64,000 bases of DNA from the human T2T-CHM13v2.0 reference genome, Homo sapiens, in NCBI RefSeq assembly GCF_009914755.1, contig NC_060926.1; one strand, written 5' to 3'. The translations under genes and the position numbers were made by a program. Below, piece by piece: positions 30,295 through 42,689 of this stretch (position 1 is the first letter of the stretch; each line of letters begins with the position of its first letter). A model generated the notes under the pieces. That model was not told the origin of the DNA. It did not search any database and saw only the letters and a list, made by a program, of their open reading frames with translations.

Positions 30295-30400
30295 GGAGTC
30301 TTTTCTTTCCTACTTCCTCTCTCCTTCCCTCCTACCTCCCTCCCTTTTCTTTTCTTTCTTTTCTGTCTTTCTCCCTTTCTCTTTTTCTCTTTTCATCTTC
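30295..30400. repeat. CT-rich low-complexity tract
   Basis: Nearly pure polypyrimidine tract. Confidence 0.85.
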
Positions 30401-30680
30401 AGCAAACACAATTATTTTGAATGTATGCCCCTTTTCAAAGAGCACAAATCTGTCATCTGACGTCAGTGACAAGTCAATGTGCCATTGCATGCCCAACAAG
30501 TATTATTTTTTCACCAAAAAATATGGAGCACATTGATGGGCTTCTTTTTACCATAAGCAATATTGAGCAGTAAAACTTTTTCTTCTCTCTGTTATTTGTT
30601 GTTAGTTTATGTAAACCAAACTTAATAACCTACAAGATTAAATTGTTAATGGTAAACAGTGATAAATGGCCCAAGAAGAT
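30400..30680. promoter_or_regulatory. candidate enhancer (CRE, MEIS, TCF, FOX, PBX-HOX motifs)
   Basis: TTCAAAG (30434-30440); TGTCA-TC-TGACGTCA-G-TGACA (30451-30471); GTAAACA (30652-30658); TGATAAATGG (30660-30669). Confidence 0.4.
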
Positions 30681-32817
30681 GGAAGAGATAAGAGGAGCTT
30701 AGTATAATTTTTGAAAATGTGAGCACCAAAACCTTATGTTTTCACAAAGACGCTATACAATCAATTCTAATAACATCACCTACCACTTTTCAGAGTCATA
30801 GTCTACGTTTGCCTTCATAACCCACTTTTGCATAACAGACTTACCCAGAATGCTTCTTGTAGTGTTTTTTTTTGGGGGGGGGTGGGGGGTGAAGATTTGG
30901 CTTTATGGATGCTTTAAAGTTGCACTACATGAGTCATATAAAACTCTCCTCTGTCCCCTCCATCTGGGGAGAAAGGAGGAGAGAAGTGAAGAGGGGATGG
31001 AGCCAGGGTAACCAAGGGTAGGAGTGGGGGAGGGATGATGAGATTTCATAGCTTGCCAAACATTATAGAAGTCCAAAGGTTGATTTTTTGGCATCAGTTT
31101 TACCCAAGCGGAAAAATTCCAATTTTCTCTACTTGGTCCTTTCTCTCAGAGGAAATGCACCAGTTTTGTTGGACTCAAGTAAATGCATCTCCTTTTCTTA
31201 ATTTTCATGTGCTGGATTCAATACTAATTTACATCCACATTTGTGCCGGAGATCTCAAAAATCTGCTGTTGTTTCCTTCCCAAGCTGTAAGGCGGGGGTT
31301 GTTGGGGGGAGCGGAGGAGTGGAGTTTAGCACGAGGGAAAGGAGAGAGGGAATGTGGTTGGAAAAGTGAGGAGAGAGAAGAAAGAAAAACTTCACCCAGT
31401 AAGCATTTTCCATACTTAATAATTTGATTTTGAAGGCTAGTCATATCAAAGAGCAAAATATTCAATATTGTTAATTCAGTTTTGCAAAATATATTCTTAA
31501 TTTAAAAATGATTTTGCTCCGGGTGGTAGTGCAGTAATAAAGCAGTTATTGACCAGATCTTATTGATTGTAGAGTCTGCGGGCAAAGAGCACTGACCTCA
31601 CTCACACTCTTATTGCTTCCTCCCTCCCTGGCCTTCTTCATCTATGCTCGCTCAATAATATATTATTAATATATATTTTTAGCAAAAACAGTATGTTACA
31701 AGGTTAAGGACTTCTTAATGATTTTTTTCAAGCTACTCTCTGCCTTTGGGGTGTTAGGAGAAGAATAAACTCAGTAACCAAGTGTCTGGATATAAATGTC
31801 TTTTCGTGGAAATACTTTACCCACCACTGGGAAGCATGTTGTCACCAACCACTTCTTCTGTCACATAGGGCAGAAAGAAAAGACTACCTAAGCCAAAAAG
31901 GGTTGCAGCTTGGGCAATGGTGTAAGTATAGAGAAGAAAACACACATGGCTCCAAAGACCAAATTCAGGACATGTCTGTGTCTCTTCCAGGAAAGGAACT
32001 CTGAGCCCCAGAGGAGAGAAATCTGTAGTCATAACAAACTCAATGACCAGTGGTGTCCAAATCCTTCCACTCCTTCTGGAATCTCTTTCATGAGGCTTTC
32101 CCCAGCAGCTTCCTGACCATCTTCTTTATGTCACAGTCATGTATGTCATGCAGCAATTGCTTACCTTCAGCATTTGCACATAAACTATCTTGCACGTCTG
32201 CCTGGGGTTTTTCCCAGGTTGGCCATATTTCCCTAATAAACATGTAAGTACTTTGAAGGCAAATACTATGCCACATGCTCCTTCAATATCCCTTCTGGAC
32301 CTGTCATGTGCTAGGTTCACAGAAAGCATCTGGTAAATAATTATCAAATTGGAGTGTAAAGGATGTGCACCTCTGTACTGAACTTCCTTTCAAAGAAAGC
32401 AAGAAAACAGAGCAGCATAGTATAGTTTCCTTCTGCCCTTCACCCTGGAAACCCCGCGAAGCATGTGTTTTACTTGTCTCCACCTGTGCACCAGGTGAGG
32501 GAAAGAAGAGTGGGGACTGTTAAGTCAGATGAATGTGGTAGAGACCGATCTCACCCTGTTGCATTATGAAGTAGAGTGTTTGGGTGGGCAGTTTGCTCTC
32601 ACGTCATGTATGAAGAAAGAGGAAAACGCAGTGATCACACCGCCCAAATGCTGAATTCAGAGAGGCTAGCAAATCCCCAAGTGCACGGAGAGATTAGAAT
32701 TGAAAGTGAATGGACATGATCATCATCTGCTACTTCTGACTGTACGACTCCACCCACATCTCCTTGCATTGCACTCATAAATGTGGTACTTCCTCAGATG
32801 ACAGAACAGACAGGTTT

Positions 32818-32837
32818 AAAAAAAAAAAAAAAAAAAA
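32818..32837. repeat. A20 homopolymer
   Basis: Directly visible. Confidence 0.95.
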
Positions 32838-33309
32838 CCTGAATTTCTCTCATACCATTCACACTGTCTATGCCCACGCTTGGGTTCCTGCTTCTACAAA
32901 GAAGTCAGACCATGAAATCCAATATTCATAAAGAGTGGGAAAGATGGGACAGGATCCAAATCTCTTATTTGCTGGTGGTTTCACAGCCTGCTGAGAAGGA
33001 ATGAAGAAGACACCAGTGATGCAGTGATGAGACATCGTGACCTAACAAAAACAATCCAGATGAACAAGGAGGAATTCTGGGCTTTCCCTACTTAGCTGTG
33101 TGGTAACTGGCAAGCCACTCATCTTGCCATTTGAGGTCCCAGCAGGCATCAGCTGCTTACTCAAAGAGTTTAATAGAGAAGAATGCAGGAAAGAACTTTT
33201 TATAGATATGTGGGGAGAATTCAGGGAACCAGTAAGAAATGGCAAAGGGGCTAGCATCCACACTAAGTCTTTAACAGCTGTAGATCTGAATGGGGCAAGA
33301 TGATTCAAA

Positions 33310-33565
33310 AAGGTTGCTGAAAAATAGTGGAAGGTGTAGGTGTGGAAAAGCAGCCACCAATAGCAATGTGGCCATCTATGGGAACACAGGTACTGCCACC
33401 ACCAGACAGGTGGTAATAAAACCTCAACCTCTGCCTCCTAGTGCCGTCTAATCTCACATAAAATCTACAAGGGATGAAGGGGTCCCTTGAGGTCAGCCTA
33501 CAAGAGCAGAGAGCCAGGCAAAGCAGCAAGGGGAAATGGATCTGGAAGAGCAAACCAATGAATAG
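33310..33565 (-). mobile_element. LTR33-like ERVL LTR fragment
   Basis: Minus strand reads ttccagatccatttcccc...ctctctgctcttgtaggctgacctc, recalling the LTR33 5' part. Confidence 0.4.
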
Positions 33566-34026
33566 CCCCATCTTTTTGCCTCACTTTCTATTTTTTCACA
33601 CAGCAATAATTATGCAACCCTACCTACTCCATAGGGTTCTCTTAAAGATTGTGTGTAATCATAGCTGTGAATGCGCTTTGTTAAAGTTTCCAGCCTGGCA
33701 CAGATGCTGCGTTGGAGAAGACCTGCTCCCTCTGCTCTCTGTGGAGTCCTCCACCCACGCCCACGCCCAGGCTACCCCACCCCCAACCAGAGCCCGAATG
33801 ATGTGAACAGAGCAGAACAGGGCTCTGCAGGTGGCAGGGAGGGGGGAGCTGCACACGCAAGGAAATAATAGAGACTGGATTGTTTATGCTTGTGAGAAAG
33901 GGCGCATGAATATGGATAAAACCCTGTGCACATTTTGCTAATTACCCAGCATCAGTGTTAAAGGAGAAAAGAGCCCACTGCAGATTTTCAAGCCAATTCC
34001 ATCCCTTCAAGCCCACCCCCACCTTT

Positions 34027-34101
34027 GCACACACGCAAACACACACGTGCACACACACACACACATCACTGCTGCCACCACCACCACTGCCACCACCACC
34101 A
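34027..34101. repeat. (CA)n followed by (CCA)n
   Basis: Directly visible compound microsatellite. Confidence 0.85.
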
Positions 34102-34904
34102 TTTTCTCTCCTCTCATATAAATAACTGACAATGTTCCCCTGAATATAAACCACATGGACCCACTAAAGCTACATGCAAATTGACAGAAGATTCCAATCC
34201 TGCATCATGCCAGAGAGCTCAAGGAAGAAAGTCCTATCCTGCGGTCTCAGTTGGCAGGAGCCTCTGTCCTACAATTTCCTGACCCGGTCAAAGCAACCTT
34301 ATAACCTCACGGGCAAAGACATGAGATGAATCAAGAGGGTTAAAGCAGTGGAGAGACAAAGAATCACACAGAAGTGGAGGCCATTTCTACAGAGAGCCGA
34401 AATCATGGAACAAAAGAAAAAAAATCCTCAGTCTTTGGTTCCAGTCTAAATTGAGGCCTCTTTCCTTTTGCTGCCCACCAGAACTTGATTGATCAAACTC
34501 TGGCAAGATGTTTGGAGTTGTGCAAACCCAGCTCTGAGCAAAGTTAAGATGGGAGTTCTATCCTTTGTTTCCTGGAAGCTCCTGGACTCCTCCAGACATC
34601 CCCCAGGTAATTGTCAGCTGATTCATCTAAACATCAGCAGAGATTGGGGCAGTTGGGAAAAGTGCTCAGGGGAAGGGCCTATTCAGGATACAGATGGAGG
34701 GAGGAGCTCAAGCCAGCTGGCTTTGGTCCTGACGTCCATCACCAAAGGCTGCCAGGGAACACACTGCACCTTCATCTCAAGATCATTGAAGCTAAGAGGT
34801 GGTCAGTGATCACCTGTCCTGAGCTACATGCTTTAGGGCAGTCACAAAGATACAGTCTTTTTATATTAACCCCTATATTTGTTCTCTGCAAAAAAATAAA
34901 AATA

Positions 34905-35340
34905 AAAAGGCAGTCAGATGCACTAGAAAGGCACCGTCCTGGGAATCTGGAAACCAAGGTTCTTATACTGGCTTCATCCCATGTAGCTGTGTGACTATGA
35001 CTAAGCCATTTAGCTCTTCTGGGCCTCAGTCCTACAGTTCTCTTCATCTGTTAGATTTTAAAAGCTTGGCCTAAAGGACTCTCACTGTTCTAAACTTCAA
35101 AAACTCTATAAATAACAATGCCAGTAGCTAACACAGATTAAGTTTCTCCTATGTGCCAGATATTATTTTACATACCTTCACTCAATATTTCTCAACAACT
35201 GAATGAGTTATGTTATCTTCATTTAATAGATAAGAAAACCAAGTCCCAGAGAAGTGAAATCATTTTCCTGAGTTGGTAAGTGAAGTGGTAGGGTGAGAAT
35301 TTGAACCCTACAACAGCATATTGATTGTATAGCATTTCTA
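34905..35340. mobile_element. two MIR fragments in opposite orientations
   Basis: + copy gctgtgtgact...ctgggcctcagt...tcttcatctg (about 34905-35100); - copy ctcctatgtgccag...agataagaaaaccaagtcccagagaagtgaa (about 35110-35340). Confidence 0.6.
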
Positions 35341-35356
35341 TTAAAAGCACAGACAT

Positions 35357-37052
35357 TTTTCCAATTTTTTTATAGTGGTAAAATCATATAACATAAAATT
35401 TACTATCTTAACCATTTGTATGTGTACAATTCAGTGACATAAATTACATTCATATTGTTGTACGACTATCACCACTATCGGTTAAACAATAACTCCCCGT
35501 TTTCCTTTTCCCCAGCCCCTAGCAACCACCACACTACTTTCTGTCTCTATAATTTTGACTACTCTAGCTACCTCTTAGAAGTAGAATCATATAGTATGTG
35601 TCTTTTTGTCACTGACTTATTTCACTTAGCATAATGTCCTAAAGGTTCACTTCTGTTGTAGTATTGATCAAAGTAACCTCCCTTTTTAAGGCTGAATAAT
35701 ATTTCATTGTATGCATAAACCACATTTTGCTTATATCCATTCATCTGTCCATGGACACTTGCATTGCTGCCACATTTGGCTATCATAAATAATGCTGCTA
35801 TAAACACGGTTGTGCAAATATCTCTTAGAGACCCTGCTTTCAATTCTTTTGGATATATACTTGGAAGTGGAATTGCTGGATCATATGGTAAATCTATTTT
35901 TAATTTTTTGCGGAACCATACTATTCTCCACAGCATCTGTACCATTTTACATTCCCACCAATGGTGCACAAGTGTTCTCATTTCTTCACATCTTCATGAA
36001 CACTTTTTGTTTTCTCTGTGTGTGTTTGATAGTCGCCATCCTAGTGAGTGAGTATAAGGTATCACATTGTGTTTTGATTTGCATTTCCCTAATGATTAGT
36101 GATGCTGAGCATCTTTTCATGTGTTTAATCAGCCATTCACACACCTTCTTTAGAGAAATATCTATTCAAGTCCTTTGCCCAGTTTTGAATTGGATTGTTT
36201 GGGTTTTTGATGTTGAGTTTTAGAAGTTGTCTGCATAGCGTGGTGTTAGTACCTATCAGATACATGATTTGCAAATATTTTCTCCTATTTTGTGGGTTTG
36301 CCACTTTACTGCATTGATAGTGGTTTTTTTCATACCAGAGCTGATATCTGATGATAGTGTCTTTGGATGCACAATGTTATATAATGAAGTTCAATTTGTC
36401 TATTTTTTCTTTTGTTGCCTGTGCCTCTGGTGTCATATCCAATAAGTTACTGCAAAATTCACTGTCATGGGGATTTTGCTCTATGTCTTCTGCTAAGGGT
36501 TCTGTAGTTTTAGGTCTTACATTTGGGTCATGGATCGATTTTGAGTTAATGATTGTGTATGGTGTTAGATAAGAGTCCAACTTTATTCTTTCGCATGTAG
36601 ATATCCAGTTTTCTCTGCACCGTTTGTTGAAAAGACTGTCTTTTCCCCCACTGAAGGTCTTGATGCTTGTCAAAATCATTTGATCACATATATATATAAG
36701 GGTTTATTTATGGACCCCATACTCTATTCCTTTTGTTTATCTGGCTGTCTTTATGCCAGTACCACACTGTTTTGATTAGCTTTATGGAAAGTTTTGAAAT
36801 CCAGAAGTGTGAATCCTCTAGCTTTTTTCTTTTTCGGGATTATTTTGACTATTTGGGGTCCCTTAAAATTCTATGTGGATTATGAATTTTAGAATGAGTT
36901 TTTCTATTTCTGCAAAAAAAAACATTGGAATTTTTAAAGGGATTGCATTAAATCTGTAGATCACTTTGAGTAGTATTGACATCTTAACAATATTAAGTCT
37001 TCCAATCCATAAATGTAGGGTGTCTTTCCATTTATTTATGTCTTCTTTAATT
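35357..37052 (-). mobile_element. L1MB-like 3' portion (end of ORF2 plus 3'UTR)
   Basis: ataacataaaatttactatcttaaccattt tail; decayed ORF2 peptides LPYDPAIPL and [13 protein letters not shown] on - strand. Confidence 0.85.
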
Positions 37053-40000
37053 TGAAAAGTGTGGGCTGTTCATCAATATGCTTTTCTATCTAGACTCAAG
37101 ATTCCTTAGTCTAGTGTTTCTTCTACTACACTAAATAGCTCCGTGTCACTTTTCTGGAGGTATTCATTCATCTCCAGCTCAGTCTCAGAAAAAATCAAGA
37201 AAGGGCATTGCACCATGATCCAAAACTTCTGAACAAGTTCTGGTGGTTATTCCATCTTTAGTGGGCTGATATGGGCAAAATAGAACTTCTAGGTGAAAGC
37301 TGGTCTCCAGCTCTGGCATACACATTCTACACAGTTAATACTCAGTAAATGTTGCACATACATTGTACCCTGCAGATACTCAACAAATGCTTAGCACAAT
37401 ACCTAGCATACATTAAGTACTTGATAGAATCCTGGTACAGAGATTAGGAAACATGGCAAAGACTATCAGTTGGAATGGATGAGAAAGTTATTAAATGACA
37501 TCAAAAATAAGATTAGATAATAAAGTGTACGAAGGCATTGTATTATTAACACTGGTAACTTCAAGCCATAGGATAACTCCTCCACCCCTGTTCCACCACT
37601 GACCCTATCCAGAGCCACCCATCTAAACCCACACTGCCTCCATGTGCCAAAAGAGAAAATTATCCCCTAAAACCAAAGCCTCCCTGGGCCCAGACATACT
37701 GCCATATTTCTGCCTTGGACTTTATATCTAACTTTTCAGCAGGGGAGGCTAGAGCTGATTGGATTATAGGAATACAAATGGATTAATTTGGGGTGGATTA
37801 GATACATCACAAAACATAAGTTTGACTTGCATTAACATAAAAATGTCATAAAAATGTAGATGCTGAGGCAGAGCTTATTTGTGATGCTGCTAATGCATTG
37901 TTACTCCAGCAAAAGATGTACACAATATTTACGCTGTATCTGACCACATAAAACATGCCATATACATATGCAATTTTTCATTATGTCGAGGGAAAAGAGC
38001 CAGAGGGCCCTTTAGAATTCCAATTCTTGGGCTTCTGATTTTTCATTCTTTTTTAAATTTTTTTCTTTATTTTCAAGAAACAAATACAGTTTTACCATCA
38101 TTACTGTATTTTGAACAGTTAATATTTCATATCGTGACATCTCTACTCAGAGGTAACAGGTTTAGTTGATTACTATTTGTTTATAGAGCTGGAGAAACCT
38201 GCAATCACAGGGAACATAGAAGGATTGCAATTAGATCCATTGGCTGAGAGCTGCACCTCGCTGACCCACGGTTAAGTGGTTAGCGCTATCAGAGAGAAAA
38301 TGCCTACTGGCAGCTGGCACATCTGCACATAATAATACGGGCAAAACTGACACGGCCACTAAAGGCTGCTGCTCTCCTCTTTACCCACAAGCTGAAAACA
38401 GATCATGCTTTTTAATAGTGCATCAACACATTTCTTCTGAATTAGCATAATCGTGTGAGTTATGGGAGGAAACGGGTACATCCTGGCTAAGCTGCTGTGA
38501 ATTCTTCAATGTATTCAAATAACTTTTTATTTGAATATGGGGGGATATTCAAATTATGAGGTCCCCTCCCATAAACCTGATTCTATACCTAGCTCATATT
38601 TTATTAAAAAGAGAAAGGAGAGGGAGACAGCAATAGGAGAAAGAGAGTTAATCTAAGTGTTTTTAACAAAACAAGTAATGCCCCATATGTAGCCAATGTG
38701 GATACACATCACCTGAGGTAGAGGAAGGGGAGTGGTTAGCATAAATGCACAAACAGGATTCTATCAGAATTGCAATGCCAGTGGCAATGTTGGTGATAAC
38801 TGATTTTAAATAAGACCTCATTGTGTGCCTGGTACTGCATGAAGACTTTACAGGAGCTATCAACTCTCTGGCCAACACTTTTATAGCCAAGTATCCCAGC
38901 TCATCTCTCTCCACCCATCATTTTTGTAGTTTCCAAGATGAACAGGATTGGGCAACTCAGCTGAAGATGCTCTAGCAGGTTTGGAAGGATGACCTCTAGA
39001 CAGCAGGCCAAGAACATTTCCATGCTGCTCTGAAACAAGAAAGGGTGTCCAGGGTACTGGTGGCCTCTTACCCCCCACCGGGGGCACACAGAAGCCATAG
39101 GTGGTCTCTGGAATGTTATCAAACCAGCTGCCTTCTGAGTCTGGCCCTCTTGTGTCCCAAGAATATCACTATCCTATTGTAAAGGTAAGAGTTAAACTTT
39201 AATCCTTTGGAATGGTGATTCTAGTCCTTCGGTCTCCACCACATGGAGTGTCAATTGTGACTGGGCCCAACTGGCCAAAGCATCATATTTATTCACTCAT
39301 AGGGATTCATTTAGCCATTCATTCTTTTATTTAAGATTTTGCACTGTAAGTCTTTAACAAAAAGAGAAGATTGTTGAAAAAACTGAAAACAAGAAATAAA
39401 AGAAGAGCCACAACAAAAAAAGGTTTTGCGATAGACTAAGATGCTGACAAAACAGACTTTAAACAGTACTTTGAAAATTATTCGTTGTGCATTCCAGATT
39501 CTGGGAAAATAATTAACAATGAAATAAATACATACTCAGCACCAGGGAAAATTCATACAAAATTTTTGAGGCTCCTTATAAGTTAAATTCACTTATATTA
39601 CCAGTATGCTAGGAATCCCAGTTTGCACACAGGTAGAAATATCCTACAACAGGAAAGCTAGATTCCAAGGAAAATAAGTTATTTTCCAAGAAATTTTCAA
39701 GTTATTTTTCATGCTGGAGCAAACTGGTACCTAGACTTCCCAGAAGAGCCCAATAACAACCCAGCAAGACATCCACAAGAGCATCCGCTAGTAGGTAGCT
39801 GAGCTGGGACTAGAATCATAGTTTGCCATACATATAAGTATGCATTCTTGACATGTGTTAGGTGTAATAGACATAAAAATTGAAGGCATATGGTCACTGC
39901 CTTCAATTTTTATAAAGTATAATTCTGTACAAAAATACTTAAATCATTAAATAAGACAAGATTTGAAAACAACTTCACTTTCAGACCTCTTCAAATCCAC

Positions 40001-40674
40001 AACCTCAGTCATAAAGCAAATCTTAGCAAATTTCAAAGAATTTCAATGGTCACAGCCTCTAAGCACAATGCAATTAAACTAATTTTAAAAAAAAAAAACA
40101 AAAATGGAAAACTCTTATATAGCCCTGACATATAACCAATTGAAAGTCTGGAATGACAATAAAAAGATGATGAAGTAGAGACAGTATGTAAAAATAAGAA
40201 TGATAATGGAAACAAAAACTTACCAACACTAATAAATCAGATTCAAAATGTAGAATACATCCTGAGCTCAAAAAAATAAAAAGAAATACACACCTAGATA
40301 CATGATTGTGATAATATTGTATACCAAAGACAAGAAGTAGATTTTAAAAGCAGCCAGAGGAAGCAATAACATTATTTCAGAGGAATGACAACTAGACTAA
40401 CAGCTGAGCACCCGGCAGTAGCAATAGCATCCTGAAGCAGTGGGGTAAGTATCTTCAAATTGTTGATGAAAATATCTGTCATGTTTATCTAGAATTGAAT
40501 GCCCTGTTAAGATATCTTTCTAATGTCAGGAAAGAATTTTCAAACAAACACAAGCCAAGAATTGCTACCAATGAATGTCTACCAAAGGAGATCCTACAAG
40601 ATATGTTTCAAGCTAAAGAAAAATAATCTTAGATTATTAGATTAAAGGTTTGTGATGCAAGAAGGAATGTTTTC

Positions 40675-41255
40675 TGATGGCAATGTAACATGTCAATTTG
40701 ACTAGGATAAACTACATTTTTCAAATTCTGTAGAATTCCCTTTCTTGTATGTTCCCAGGTAGGGTGGGTAACAAAGAAAGTTTCAGGAAATTTTGGAGGA
40801 CAGCACAGTCCCCTTGTAATTGAAGCACACTGTTGCTGATCTGCTGACTCACTTCATTGGTGTGAAGCAGCTTGGGACCTGCAACTGCCCTACTTTCCCT
40901 TGGATTCTCCTTCAGCTTCTCTGAATGGTGGACCAGACGTGTATGTTTAGCTTCATGACAAAGGGCATCATGTTCTGCAGAACACTCATGCTGCCAAGGT
41001 CAGAGGCACCAAGAACTGATACGAGTTTCAGTCCAACTTCACAAGTTTCCAGCTTGTACTTGTGGGGCCGAGCTTGCTCTTCATCTCCCTCACTTTGCAT
41101 TCATCTTTCCTTTCTGACCACTTGGGGACTTCAAGCTCCAACAACAAACACGAAGACAACAGGCTTACAGAGCCTACCTAATAAGGTCCTACAATTGATT
41201 AAAGCCAATTCCCTATGACAAATCCCTTATATAACATATATGTGTACAATATATA
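40675..41255 (+). mobile_element. MLT2E-like ERVL LTR
   Basis: atgtcaatttgactagg..aactacatt...tgatctgctgactcac...aaggtcagaggcaccaagaactgat...aaatccctta. Confidence 0.75.
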
Positions 41256-41434
41256 TGATTATACATTGCCTGGTGAAAATCACATATCATGCTGACTTTG
41301 AATTTGTGGGTATTAAGTTAAAGTGTATAATATAACTATATGTCCTATTCACATTATTTCCTTCTTTCTGTTTCCTTTGGAATCATTCTAATATTAGTAT
41401 ACATTGTTAAGTTGGATGCTTAAATCATTCATTT

Positions 41435-41506
41435 TATTACGAATGTTTAAAACTAAATATTACAAATGTTAACAACTAAATATTACAAATGTTTACAACT
41501 AAATAT
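41435..41506. repeat. 23-bp tandem repeat, about 3 copies
   Basis: aactaaatattacaaatgtt(a/t)ac at 41451 and 41474, with partial copies on both sides. Confidence 0.85.
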
Positions 41507-41927
41507 TTTAAACACTAAATATTTAATGATGCTTTAGCATCATTCCATAGAGTAGTAAATATGTGGATAAATCTAAACAAATATTATTTAAAATGTAACA
41601 ATAATAATTATGTCTTCTACAGTTTTAACAATCAGATGGGACTTAAACACATGACAAAAATAACATATTAGTTGGGAAAGTATTATAACAATACTTAAGT
41701 GTTAAAACTTAAGACGTAAGTTTATATATTATTCAGAAAGAGGATAAGGATTTTGATTAATTTTAGACTTTAGTAAATCAACTATTTGTGTTAAAATTTC
41801 TAATTAGAATGGGAATAGAGTTTACAATTGTTAAAGTACAAAGAGAACAAGAAAGAAAAAAGAATCAGCCCCAAAGTAGACCACAGAGGAAAGAAAGAAA
41901 CAGACAGGTAGAAAAAATAGAAAACAA

Positions 41928-42202
41928 CCCAGGCACAGTGGTTCATGCCTGTAAGCCCAGCACTTTGGTAGGCCGAGGTGGGAGGATCACTTGAGCTCAA
42001 GAGTTCAAGAGCAGCCTTAGCAACATTGCTTGACCTCATGCTGGGCATGGTAGTGCATGCTATTAGTCCCAGCTACTCAAGAGGCTGAAGTGAAAGGATC
42101 ACTTGAGCCCAAGAGATCGAGGCTGCAGTGACCTATGATCATGGCACTGTGCTCCAGCCTGGGCAACAGAGCAAGACCCTGTCTCAAAAAAAAAGAAAGA
42201 AA
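41928..42202 (+). mobile_element. AluJ lacking the central A-rich linker
   Basis: Two Alu arms with AluJ-type ggatcacttgagc and gaggctgcagtga; TSD AGAAAAAATAGAAA at 41910-41923 and 42203-42216. Confidence 0.9.
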
Positions 42203-42689
42203 AGAAAAAATAGAAAGTGCAAAACAGCGTGGTAGAAGAGAGTCAAAATTTATCAGAAACTGAATATAAGGCAGAATAGGGGCCTGTGGACCTGAAAAAT
42301 AAATAAGCTTGAACAGCTACTTCACTAAATCTATAGATGGTACCAGAATTGGTATCATGACAAGTCAGGGCCAAGTAAGAGCTTCAGATGAGAAAAACAC
42401 AAAGAGCCTCAGAGAAACAACCCATAGTCTGATAGTAGAATGCAGGAGGCTATCAAAGAGAAGCACAGTCATGAAACCACATTCCTAGAGGGTAAAAAAA
42501 GACCAAAAAAAAGGAACTTCTGGAGAATGTCCTAGTTTCCAGGAATCACAGCTTCTCTTCCTGCAGCCAACTTCTATAAGACACAGGACACATCAGAATG
42601 TACAGCACCTTTCTGAGAATTAGAAAAAAGGTATGCACTCTTAGCAAACCAATTGGAACAAGGCAGCTCAACTAGGAAAAAAAAATCAT

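Larger units (their letters stand above)
40270..42270 (+). mobile_element. old L1M/HAL1 ORF1 and inter-ORF region, interrupted by MLT2 and Alu
   Basis: acacctagatacatgattgtg...attttaaaagcagccagagg...actagactaacagctgagc encodes decayed TPRHI..ILKAAR..RLTAD ORF1 motifs. Confidence 0.6.

Noticed and set aside
41435-41525. Short direct repeats as a CRISPR-like array
   Set aside because: Head-to-tail with no spacers, no cas genes, mammalian context
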